This document shows positions 10,439 through 18,839 of a DNA stretch of 57,392 bases, piece after piece; positions within the stretch are counted from its first letter, which is position 1; each line of letters begins with the position of its first letter. The notes under the pieces were generated by a model. The model was given only the letters and a program-made list of their open reading frames with translations. It searched no databases and was not told the DNA's origin. The stretch is from Acidobacteriota bacterium. GTDB taxonomy: Bacteria > Acidobacteriota > UBA6911 > RPQK01 > JANQFM01. Position numbers and translations under genes: made by a program. The stretch spans positions 1 through 57,392 of the forward strand of contig JBFKLX010000005.1 in assembly GCA_041630155.1 (NCBI GenBank). Direction: 5' to 3'.

Positions 10439-10641
10439 GGCCCCATCCCAGCTGGGGGAAGGGACGGGGCCGGAGGACAAGGTAGGGGCGTTGAGTATGA
10501 AGATTATTTATAAGGCGCGACGGAGACCGAAGCCGAAACGCGAAAATCGGGATCGCGGGGGAGGGGGAGCAACTCCGAGTATTTCACCCAGCTCCGATCT
10601 CCGTCTTCCTTAACACCCGGTCAGCCTTGGCCAACCAGATG
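10439..10641 (-). ncRNA. Candidate structured small RNA (~200 nt, three hairpins, C-rich loops)
   Basis: Three stems at 10614-10641, 10511-10612 and 10439-10471 rely on G-U pairs available only on the minus strand. Loops include UCCCCCUCCCCC and UUCCCCCAGCU. A promoter lies directly upstream and the element sits between convergent genes. Confidence 0.7.
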
Positions 10642-10656
10642 CGAATAAATTAACAT
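10639..10656. promoter_or_regulatory. Rex/CRP-like operator overlapping the -10 and start site of the sRNA
   Basis: ATGCGAATAAATTAACAT versus the Rex consensus TTGTGAANNNNTTCACAA. Confidence 0.5.
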
Positions 10657-10676
10657 CTCTCGCGCACCCAAGTCAA
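10647..10676 (-). promoter_or_regulatory. Sigma70-type promoter of the candidate sRNA
   Basis: TTGACT-N18-TAATTT with an extended -10 TG, in an AT-rich island; the predicted start (~10640) coincides with the base of hairpin 1. Confidence 0.65.
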
Positions 10677-10681
10677 CAAAA

Positions 10682-10699
10682 ATGTGAAATATTTCGCAT
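10682..10699. promoter_or_regulatory. Rex/CRP-like operator upstream of the -35
   Basis: ATGTGAAATATTTCGCAT, an 18-bp palindrome with one mismatch. Confidence 0.6.
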
Positions 10700-10803
10700 A
10701 AATTCTTGGGGGCGCCGTCAATTCCCCGTTCTCGCCTGCAATGACGGCACTTTCGGGACTGGCCGGCCAGGTCTCAGTGCACGGCGCGTCATGAGGCTCC
10801 AGC

Positions 10804-10830
10804 GTGAGACTGGCACCTTGCCGGTGATTC
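10804..10830 (-). repeat. REP-like intergenic palindrome, copy 2
   Basis: Minus strand reads GAATCACCGGCAAGGTGCCAGTCTCAC. Confidence 0.6.
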
Positions 10831-10860
10831 CCTGGGGGATTGAGTTCTCATGCTTCTCCT

Positions 10861-11919
10861 CTACGCCCCCTCCGCCACCTGCAGGGCCTCCCGGGCCACC
10901 ACTGGAATCAACTGGCCAAAGGCTGCAAAACGGGGGTCGGAGGTCTGTCCCCGCCGGAAGCGAAAGTAGATCTGGGCGATGATGACGGCCAGCCTGAACA
11001 GCCCCAGGCAGTGATAAAAGCGGGCGTGCCGAAGATCCCGGCCGCTCAGGCGTTCGTACAGTTCGAGCAATTGCGACCGGTTCCAAAAGCCTTCGGACGG
11101 CATCATGGCCATGGCTCGCAACTGTGCTGAGTCTGCGGGTTCCGACCAGTAGGCCAGCAGCGCTCCAAGGTCGGAAAGGGGGTCTCCCAGCGTGCACATG
11201 TCCCAATCGAAGACGGCCACGACTCGGCCGGGATCGCCGGGCTGGACCATCAAGTTATCGAGTTTGAAATCATTGTGAACCAGGGAAGAGTCCGAGGCCG
11301 GCGGCAGGTTCTCGGAGAGCCATGCCGAGCAGGCGTCCATCTCGCTGAGCGGTTCGGCGGCGGCCTCGAGCCACCTCCGAGTCCAGCCTTCGACCTGGCG
11401 CTCAATGAAGCCTTCAGGCTTGCCCAGATCGTCCAGTCCCAGCGACGCATAATCGACCGCGTGGAATTCGACCAGGGTTTCGATCAGGGCCCGGCTGATT
11501 TTCTGACCCGCTCGGGGATCGGCGGCGAAGGCGTCCGGCATGGTTTCGCGCACCACGATTCCCCTGCGCCGCTCCATCACGAAGAAGGGGGCACCGATGA
11601 CCGCCGGGTCTTTACAATAGAGAAATGCCCGAGGGGCCGGGCGAAAGGCCCGGTGCAGCACCGAGAGCACCCGGTATTCCCGGTGCATGTCGTGCGCCGA
11701 CGGGGCGACGGGTCCCAGGGGCGGGCGCCGCAAGACGTACTCGTGCCCGGGGTAGTGCAGCAGATAGGTGAGGTTGGCCTTGCCTCCCCCGAACTGCCGA
11801 ACGGTCGGGGTGGTGACCGCGCCTTTCAGCCGTCCCTCGAGACAGCGCTGCAGCCGCTGCGCGTCGAAGGCCTCCTCCGGCCGCACCTCAATCGTGTCGT
11901 CTTCCCTCCGATTCGGCAT
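10861..11919 (-). CDS. Phosphotransferase (APH/choline-kinase fold; ACAD10/11 kinase-like, LvaA-like)
   Basis: QFGGGKANLTY, YVLRRPP, AHDMHREYRVL, LVHNDFKLDN and FDWDMCTLGDPLSDLG motifs. Confidence 0.9.
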   Translation of the reverse strand: MPNRREDDTIEVRPEEAFDAQRLQRCLEGRLKGAVTTPTVRQFGGGKANLTYLLHYPGHEYVLRRPPLGPVAPSAHDMHREYRVLSVLHRAFRPAPRAFLYCKDPAVIGAPFFVMERRRGIVVRETMPDAFAADPRAGQKISRALIETLVEFHAVDYASLGLDDLGKPEGFIERQVEGWTRRWLEAAAEPLSEMDACSAWLSENLPPASDSSLVHNDFKLDNLMVQPGDPGRVVAVFDWDMCTLGDPLSDLGALLAYWSEPADSAQLRAMAMMPSEGFWNRSQLLELYERLSGRDLRHARFYHCLGLFRLAVIIAQIYFRFRRGQTSDPRFAAFGQLIPVVAREALQVAEGA

Positions 11920-11943
11920 GATCCGCCTCGGGCCTTTGGGAAG

Positions 11944-11955
11944 TCACCGGCAAGA
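11944..11955 (+). repeat. REP-like repeat half-copy
   Basis: TCACCGGCAAGA; the right arm is degenerate. Confidence 0.4.
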
Positions 11956-12014
11956 CCTCCGCCGCAGCCCAATTGACAACCAAACCTGAGACCCAATCCC
12001 TGAGCCCCAAGTCC

Positions 12015-13220
12015 CTAAGCCTCTCCCGCCCGCTGATACTTCTTCAAGATTCGCCGGGCCAGGGCCAACTTGTGCACTTCGTCCGGCCCGTCGTAGATTC
12101 GCGCGGCGCGTTCCTGCCGGTAAAAGTAGGAGAGCGGAGTGTCATCGCTCACCCCCAGAGCGCCGTGCACTTGAATGGCTCGATCGAGTACGCGCTGCAA
12201 GGTGCCGGCGACCAGAAACTTGATCCCGGATATCTGGTGTCGCGCCGCCTTCGCCCCGTCCCGCTCGATCAACCAGGCCGTGTGTAAGACGGCCAGGCGG
12301 CTGGAGTCGATCTGGACACGGCTGGACGCGATCCAGTCCTGGATGAGGCTCTCTCCCGCCAGGGGTCGGCCCGGTTCCAGCTCTCGCTCGGTAGCCCTTC
12401 GGCACATCAGGTCGAACGCCCGTTCGCAGATTCCCAGCCAGCGCATGCAGTGATGAATCCGGCCCGGCCCCAGCCGCTGCTGGGCCAGCCGGAACCCTTC
12501 ACCCTCTTCGCCCAGCCGATTCTCCACGGAAACCCGGCAATCTTGGAGTGCGATCTCCCCATGGCTGGTCCAACCCGAGCCGGCTTCGCCCATGTGCGAG
12601 ATGTTGCGCTCCAGCCGGTATCCCGTCGTATCGGTTGGGACGATGAACATGGTGGCCCGCTGATGGGGGGAAGCGGCCGGATCGGTCACGGCCATCACGA
12701 TGCAGAAGGCGGCGCCTTCGGCCCCGGTCACGAACCACTTTCGCCCGTTGAGCCGGTAGCCTTCTCCGTCGCGCTCCGCTCGGGTGCTCAGCCACAACGG
12801 GTTGGAGCCGGCGCGCTCGGGCTCGGTCATCCCGAAGCAGCTGCGGATCTCACCCCGCGCCAGGGGTTCCAGAAAACGGCTCTTCTGTTCTGCGGTTCCC
12901 CGCCCGGCCAGCACCTCCAGGTTTCCGGAGTCGGGTGCCTGGCAGTTGAAGAGATAGTGACCCACCATGCAGCGTCCCAGTTCGGCGCTGAGGAGGCCGA
13001 ATTCGACCAGATCCAACCCCATGCCGCCGTGCTCCCGGCTGAGTTGGGGCAGCCACCAGCCCCGGCTTTTCACTTCGGACCGCAACTCGGCCAGCCGAGG
13101 CTCCAAGTCGGTCCAATTTCCCTGCATCAAGAGGTTCTCCAGCGGGAAAGCCCGGCGCTCGAGCCAGGCCCGCACCTCCTGAAGCAGGTCCTGTGTTGCA
13201 GGCGCTATCGAAAAATCCAT
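12015..13220 (-). CDS. Acyl-CoA dehydrogenase (ACAD10/11, FadE2-like)
   Basis: FNCQAPDSGNLEVL, SCFGMTEP, AQQRLGPGRIHHCMR, AIQVHGALGVS and RIYDGPDEVH motifs. Confidence 0.92.
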   Translation of the reverse strand: MDFSIAPATQDLLQEVRAWLERRAFPLENLLMQGNWTDLEPRLAELRSEVKSRGWWLPQLSREHGGMGLDLVEFGLLSAELGRCMVGHYLFNCQAPDSGNLEVLAGRGTAEQKSRFLEPLARGEIRSCFGMTEPERAGSNPLWLSTRAERDGEGYRLNGRKWFVTGAEGAAFCIVMAVTDPAASPHQRATMFIVPTDTTGYRLERNISHMGEAGSGWTSHGEIALQDCRVSVENRLGEEGEGFRLAQQRLGPGRIHHCMRWLGICERAFDLMCRRATERELEPGRPLAGESLIQDWIASSRVQIDSSRLAVLHTAWLIERDGAKAARHQISGIKFLVAGTLQRVLDRAIQVHGALGVSDDTPLSYFYRQERAARIYDGPDEVHKLALARRILKKYQRAGEA

Positions 13221-13321
13221 GCCCCGAAGACTGGCACAGAGTCCGCCTGAGGTCTAGCCCGATGCCTGCCCCGCAGCTCAACCCTCGCGCCTGATCCCGT
13301 CTTCCGCGTATTCTTGCAGGA

Positions 13322-14539
13322 ATGAGCCGCCTCGGTCGGGTCCGGACTTTTCTGGGTTTGGAACGGAGCATCGTGGCCCTGCTCGTGATGGTCGTTCTGG
13401 TGGGCATGGGGGAGCGGCTGGCGGAGCGCTTCCTGCCGATCTACCTGGTGGCTCTGGGCGGCGGCGCGATGGCGGTCGGCCTGCTCAGTGCCCTGGACAA
13501 CTTTCTTTCTGCGCTCTACTCCTTCCCCGGCGGCTACCTGTCGGAACGGATGGGTACCAAACGGTCGCTCCTCGTCTTCAATCTGATCGCGATGGCGGGC
13601 TTTCTGATCGTCATCCTGGTCCCGAAATGGGAAGCCGTCATCGTGGGCGCGGTGCTCTTCTTGAGCTGGAGCGCGATCTCTCTACCCGCCACGATGAGTC
13701 TGGTGGGAAAGGTGCTTCCCAAGAACAAGCGCGCCATGGGCGTCTCGATGCACTCGATCGTGCGCCGCGTTCCCATGGCTCTCGGGCCCCTCATCGGCGG
13801 GCTCGCCGTCGACACCTGGGGAGCCGTCAGAGGAATCCGAATCGCGTTCGTGGGGGCACTGCTGATGGCCGTGGTGGCGGCTCTGGTCCAGCAGCGCTAC
13901 CTGGAAGAAGACGGGCGTCGGATCGGCATGCCGGGAGCCCTGCCGGCCCGGCCCGAAGCCAATCCCTTGCGCGTGCTTCGCACGATGCCTCCGGCTCTGT
14001 GGGACTTGCTGGTCTCGGATATCCTGATTCGCTTCTGCGAGCAGATTCCCTATGCGTTCGTTGTCATCTGGTGCATGAGCACGATTTCGGAGCCCGTCTC
14101 GGGTTTTCAGTTCGGGCTCCTGACCAGTGTGGAGATGGCGACGGCGGTGCTCATCTACGTTCCCGTTGCTTATCTTGCCGACCGCGGGACCAAGAAGCCC
14201 TTCGTCCTGATCACTTTCGTCTTCTTCACCTTCTTCCCGCTGCTCCTGCTCTACTCGCATTCTTTCTGGCCGCTGGTGGGAGCTTTCGTCTTGCGCGGCC
14301 TGAAGGAGTTTGGAGAGCCGACCCGCAAGTCTCTGATTCTGGACCTGTCTCCGGAGGGCCGCCAGGCCAGCATGTTCGGCGCCTACTACCTGGTGCGCGA
14401 CTCGATCGTGGCTCTGGCGGCCCTGGGAGGAGCGTACCTGTGGAAGGTCGGGCCGGAAGTCAACCTTGTCACCGCGTTCGGCTTCGGCCTGCTGGGAACG
14501 CTCTGGTTTGCCTGGAAGGGGCGGGACGTGAGGAGATGA
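13322..14539 (+). CDS. MFS transporter
   Basis: About 12 hydrophobic segments, with motif A variants GYLSERMGTKR and YLADRGTKK. Confidence 0.88.
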   Translation: MSRLGRVRTFLGLERSIVALLVMVVLVGMGERLAERFLPIYLVALGGGAMAVGLLSALDNFLSALYSFPGGYLSERMGTKRSLLVFNLIAMAGFLIVILVPKWEAVIVGAVLFLSWSAISLPATMSLVGKVLPKNKRAMGVSMHSIVRRVPMALGPLIGGLAVDTWGAVRGIRIAFVGALLMAVVAALVQQRYLEEDGRRIGMPGALPARPEANPLRVLRTMPPALWDLLVSDILIRFCEQIPYAFVVIWCMSTISEPVSGFQFGLLTSVEMATAVLIYVPVAYLADRGTKKPFVLITFVFFTFFPLLLLYSHSFWPLVGAFVLRGLKEFGEPTRKSLILDLSPEGRQASMFGAYYLVRDSIVALAALGGAYLWKVGPEVNLVTAFGFGLLGTLWFAWKGRDVRR

Positions 14540-14546
14540 GATTCGT

Positions 14547-16190
14547 TCAGCCCGAATTTTCGATCTGCTGCAGTAGCCGAGCCGCCAGCTGCGCGTCCGC
14601 ACGCACGAGTCGCTGGTGAACTCTCCGGGCCTCTTCCGGACGACTCGCGCGCAGATAGGCCAACCCGAGCAGGTAAAGGGTTTCTCCCTGATCGGGCTGC
14701 AGCGAATCGGCCTTTTCGAAAGCCTCGATGGCATCCTTCCAGCTCCCCGACCAGGAGTGGGCCACGCCCAGCCAGTGGAACGCCGCAGCCGACTGTGGGT
14801 CCCGCTGGCCTGCCTCTTCGAAGAGCTGCCGCGCTCTGTCCCAGCGCCCCAGCCTGGACTCCGCTTCTCCGTAGGACAGCAGCACCTGAGAAGTGCGCAA
14901 GGCGGGCCGGGCTTCCAGGGCCCGCTGGAATCGAGCAACCGCCTCCTGCCACCGCCCCAGCAGGGCAAGCGACTTGGCCTCGGCCAGCAGCAGGCCCTCC
15001 TGCAGAGTCTTTGGGTCGCCCAGGAGGTTCTTCCAGTACGGGCTTCCAGACTCCTCCAGAGACTCGACCCTGGAGGCTGCGCCGAAGGCTTCCAACGCTT
15101 CCCCGTGCCGTTGTAGAGCGGTCAACGCGTTGCCGATTCCGAACCAGGCGTAGCGGCGGCGTGAGGGCGCGAAACTGAGTCGGAGCGCCTCGCGGTAGTG
15201 GCGCAACGCCGCTTCCGGATCTTCCATCAGCAACTGTGACGTCCCCATGACCGCTTGGGAATCAGCCAGATTGGGGCGCAAGAGCAGAGAGGCACTGGCC
15301 AGCCCCAGCGCATTGCGATAGCTCTCGATCCGGAAGAATATCGCTCCCGCCAGCGCAGCAGCTTCGGCGCGACCAGGGGCGTCCCTCATGACTTGGCCGA
15401 GCCGCTCGACAGCCTCTTCGTCGTTTCCCTGATTGGACAGCACCAGAGCGGCCAGTAGATCGATCCAGGACCGATCCAGCCCGGCCGACTTCAGCTGGTC
15501 GAGCTGCTCCAAGACTCCCGGTTGATCCAGGTAGATAGAACGTCGAACTGCTTGAAACCTCTCCCAGCTCGAGGGAGGGGCGTCGCCCGGCCACATCCAA
15601 CCCTCTCCCCTCGCTACCGGCAGGTCCGCCAGATAAGCGCCCGTCAGCGCCAACCAACGGTCGGCTTCCAGCGGCAGCAAGAGCAGGCCGGCGAGTCGTT
15701 GCTGCTCGTCCAGCAAGGGAAGGCCTGGCGAAAGGCGAGCGTCGCACTGCAGCTCCAAGATCTCGCCAATCGCGGGAAGGCTGCGGACGCTGCTCAGCAG
15801 GACGGGAGCGAGCGGCCCCCCGGGTGGACTCGCCCAAAGCACCCGATTCGCCGCGGTGGCCAGCCAGGAGGTTTGTTCTCCGGGAACCGCCTGGGCACCG
15901 AGGCTCACTCCCAAAAGGCCCGAGAGGGGGTCCACCGCGACGGATCGAATCGGTATCGACTGGTCATTGGCAATGACTTCGATCCTCTCCGCCGGCAAAC
16001 CCAGGTCGACAGCGAAGAGCGCCGTCTCCGGTCTGGACAGAGCTCCCGTGTAGCGGATCGTTCGTCCTTCCGGCAGGTAAACGATCAGCGTCGCATTGGG
16101 CACGGCCCCCATTGCCGACAGTCCCGCCAGCGCGACCAGCGCCAACAACGCAGAGACCTTCAAGCTTCCGGGTTTCACGCTCGAGAGCAT
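14547..16190 (-). CDS. Exported TPR-repeat protein with a degenerate trypsin-like N-terminal domain
   Basis: Signal-like hydrophobic stretch and multiple TPR helices in the C-terminal two thirds; start codon uncertain. Confidence 0.75.
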   Translation of the reverse strand: MLSSVKPGSLKVSALLALVALAGLSAMGAVPNATLIVYLPEGRTIRYTGALSRPETALFAVDLGLPAERIEVIANDQSIPIRSVAVDPLSGLLGVSLGAQAVPGEQTSWLATAANRVLWASPPGGPLAPVLLSSVRSLPAIGEILELQCDARLSPGLPLLDEQQRLAGLLLLPLEADRWLALTGAYLADLPVARGEGWMWPGDAPPSSWERFQAVRRSIYLDQPGVLEQLDQLKSAGLDRSWIDLLAALVLSNQGNDEEAVERLGQVMRDAPGRAEAAALAGAIFFRIESYRNALGLASASLLLRPNLADSQAVMGTSQLLMEDPEAALRHYREALRLSFAPSRRRYAWFGIGNALTALQRHGEALEAFGAASRVESLEESGSPYWKNLLGDPKTLQEGLLLAEAKSLALLGRWQEAVARFQRALEARPALRTSQVLLSYGEAESRLGRWDRARQLFEEAGQRDPQSAAAFHWLGVAHSWSGSWKDAIEAFEKADSLQPDQGETLYLLGLAYLRASRPEEARRVHQRLVRADAQLAARLLQQIENSG

Positions 16191-16328
16191 ACAGCAAGAG
16201 TAGTGCATGAGTGGCAGTGCGTACGACTGCTGAGTTATCCTTGCTCTCTGGAAACTCTGGCTGGACTGGGGCGCCCGAAAGGCGCCGGCCGAGAGTCCGA
16301 CCCTACCCCACATCGAGGTCGCGAGCGA

Positions 16329-18839
16329 ATGAGGCTACTCTCGGAACTCCTTCCCGACCAGAACCTGAGCGCTCGGGCGCGCCGGACCTGGATGCTCATC
16401 CTGGTGCTCGCTCCACTGGCTTACCTGGTGGGGGGATGGTTGCTCACGCAGCTTCAGCGGGTTCAAGGGGTGAGCTTCGAGATCGGTCGTGAGCAGGCCA
16501 TTGGGATCGCCCGGGAATACGCCTCGTCCCTGGGATGGAACGTCGAAGACTTTCAGGCCTTTACGACCGTCGAAACCGACAAGACCCTCCACTTCTACTA
16601 TCGGTCCGCATCTTCAGAGTTCCACGACAGTTTGATGCAACTGAGGCCCGAGGCCGTGATTCGCATCGTCTTTCTCTCCGGCGAACCCGATCGGATCTTC
16701 GAGGCCAGGCTCGGACCGGACGGTTCCCCTTTGGGTTTCTCCACCCGAGCACCGGACTCGGCAATAACCCAGTTGGGGAACGTTGCCATCGGAGTCGATC
16801 GAGATGCCGATTCTCCCCCGAAACCAGCCGAGTCGCCCCTCGACGAAGACCAGCAGCTGGCCGCGGCTGAATTCGAAAAGGAAGCAACGGACCTCGGGTT
16901 TTTGACCTTCGATCCACAACCGGCGGTGGAAACGGAACGCTCCGAAACTCACCTCATCCGAACCTTTTCCTGGAAAGGGCGCCGGGATGAGTACCCGGAG
17001 GTCACCGTAAAGCTGCGCTATCAAGTGGACGATGTGCGGCTGGTCTCCCGGGAGGCGACCGTCGAACTCGATCCGCTCTTCGTGAGCGAGCGGCTGACCT
17101 TTCAAAGCGGGCTCAAGACTGCGGCTTGGGTGCTTCTTGGCATCGTGGCAGCAGTCCTGTCGATCTATGCATTCGTGCTGTACATCCGAAAAGCTCTCCA
17201 GAAAGAAGTTTCCCACGCCAGAACGGTCGCCGTCGGAACCGTCATCGCGGTTTCGTTCATCACCGTCGCCATCACCACTGCCGGAGAGCAGCTGGTGATC
17301 CAATCCAAGCGTTTGCCGACGGACCCGTTGCTTTTGGCGATGCTCGGCCTGACGAGCTTCGGCTATCTGCTCGTGGGGTTCTGGGTCGGAATGTTCTGGG
17401 GAAGTGCCGAAGGCGAGGTTCGAGAGAACTATCCCGGGAAGCTCAGTGCGTTGGATGCGCTGATGATGGGGAAGGTGTTCTCCAAGAAGGTCGGCCGCGC
17501 CTCCGTGGTGGGTGCGGCTCTCGGCGGATGGCTCCTCTTGGCCGTCGCTCTGGCCCAGGCTTCCTGGATCCAAAGCTCCCAGTTCGGCTTCGGGATGGCC
17601 GAATACTACGTGCTGCTCTTCTCGCGATTTCCGGGCACCCTCGCCTTGTTGAGCCCCATACTGGCTTCGGTGCCGGTGGTGGCGCTGGGGCTGCTCATGC
17701 CACTCACTCTCGCTCACCGGACGTTCCGTTCGGGCCGGCTTCGAAGAATTGCGCAATTCGGCCTGACCATCGTGGCTTGCAGTTGGATCGGCCTGCGCAT
17801 CAATCCGATGGCCGCCAGCATCCTGGTGACACTGGTCCTCGTAGTGGCTTTGATAACAGTCTTTCGATCCTACGACCTGCTGGTGTGCCTCGCCATGTTG
17901 AGCACTCACGGCTTCGTGGGCAGTCTGGCAGCCATGGTGACTTTCACCTCGGTCAGCTGGAAAGCCGCCATTGCACCCGGGCTTGTGTTTCTGGGGATTC
18001 TGATCGTTCATTCCTGCGCAGCGGTCTGGGGCAAGGACTACCGCGAGGAGGAGATCCGTCCTGTGTATGCCGAGAATCTGGCTCAACGGCTCTCCCTCCA
18101 GGCCGAGGTTTCGGCGGCGCGGGAGGCGCAGCTGCGACTCGCGCCTCAACGCATCCCCCAGCTGCGGGCAGCCAGTCTGGCGGCCTGTTGCCAGCCCGGT
18201 CGGGTCGTGGGGGGGGATTTCTACGATTTCTTCCCCATGGCATCAGGCAATTTGGGTGTCTTTCTGGCGGAGGGAGGCGGCACGGGCCTCTCTTCGGCGT
18301 TGACCATCGCCTACGCCAAGGGGCTCATTCTCCCCATGGTTCGGCAGCAGCCGGAGCCGGGAGAAGTGGTCCGAAAACTGCTCCGCGAGATGGGGCCGCT
18401 GATCGACTCTCAGGAGGGCGAGATCGGCTTCATGTTCGGGATCATGGATGATTCGGAGCGGACGTTTCGGTTTGCGCGCCACGGCCGCTATCCTCGGCTC
18501 CTGGCCGAAGGAATCTCCGAGAATGCCGATGAGTCGACGGTCCGGCTCGGGGACGCGGCCATGACTTCCGGTCGGGTGCGACTCGAGTCCAGGGCCCGGC
18601 TGGTCCTGTTCACCAACGGAATCGCCGACGTTCTCGAAAGCAGCCGGACCGCCCCCGAAGACTGGGTCATCCGGCTCCTGCGGAGCTATCCCGACGCCTC
18701 GGCCAATGAACTCCAGCAGATCTTCCTCTCCAACCTCGAGCCATTGATACGGCAGGCCAGGCGCCGAGGTATCGAAGACGACATCTCAGCAGTATTCTTG
18801 AGATTCGAAGGCGCTGGAGACGGGGAGCGAGGCGTGTGA
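16329..18839 (+). CDS. Multi-TM membrane SpoIIE/PP2C-family protein, probably catalytically impaired
   Basis: TM, periplasmic domain, ~10 TM, then a PP2C fold with GGDFYDF but AEGGGTG and FTNG. Start moved to ATG 16329 because the upstream part of the ORF overlaps the TPR gene. Confidence 0.85.
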   Translation: MRLLSELLPDQNLSARARRTWMLILVLAPLAYLVGGWLLTQLQRVQGVSFEIGREQAIGIAREYASSLGWNVEDFQAFTTVETDKTLHFYYRSASSEFHDSLMQLRPEAVIRIVFLSGEPDRIFEARLGPDGSPLGFSTRAPDSAITQLGNVAIGVDRDADSPPKPAESPLDEDQQLAAAEFEKEATDLGFLTFDPQPAVETERSETHLIRTFSWKGRRDEYPEVTVKLRYQVDDVRLVSREATVELDPLFVSERLTFQSGLKTAAWVLLGIVAAVLSIYAFVLYIRKALQKEVSHARTVAVGTVIAVSFITVAITTAGEQLVIQSKRLPTDPLLLAMLGLTSFGYLLVGFWVGMFWGSAEGEVRENYPGKLSALDALMMGKVFSKKVGRASVVGAALGGWLLLAVALAQASWIQSSQFGFGMAEYYVLLFSRFPGTLALLSPILASVPVVALGLLMPLTLAHRTFRSGRLRRIAQFGLTIVACSWIGLRINPMAASILVTLVLVVALITVFRSYDLLVCLAMLSTHGFVGSLAAMVTFTSVSWKAAIAPGLVFLGILIVHSCAAVWGKDYREEEIRPVYAENLAQRLSLQAEVSAAREAQLRLAPQRIPQLRAASLAACCQPGRVVGGDFYDFFPMASGNLGVFLAEGGGTGLSSALTIAYAKGLILPMVRQQPEPGEVVRKLLREMGPLIDSQEGEIGFMFGIMDDSERTFRFARHGRYPRLLAEGISENADESTVRLGDAAMTSGRVRLESRARLVLFTNGIADVLESSRTAPEDWVIRLLRSYPDASANELQQIFLSNLEPLIRQARRRGIEDDISAVFLRFEGAGDGERGV

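Noticed and set aside
10497-10613. 38-aa plus-strand ORF MKIIYKARRRPKPKRENRDRGGGGATPSISPSSDLRLP
   Set aside because: No recognisable protein features. The promoter orientation and G-U pairing both point to a minus-strand RNA. Not formally excluded.
10439-10641. Identification of the structured RNA as 6S, SRP, tmRNA or RNase P RNA
   Set aside because: No 5'-3' closing stem with a central bubble, no SRP GNRA/domain IV motif, no tRNA-like ends, and too short for RNase P.
13231-13246. Sigma54-like CTGGCAC-N5-CCGC upstream of the MFS gene
   Set aside because: GG-N10-GC spacing is present but the TT of TTGC is missing, and there is no enhancer-binding protein nearby; too weak to call.
15522-16328. 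N-terminal 269-aa extension of the 1105-aa ORF
   Set aside because: It overlaps the opposite-strand TPR gene and has shadow-like composition; the start was reassigned to 16329.
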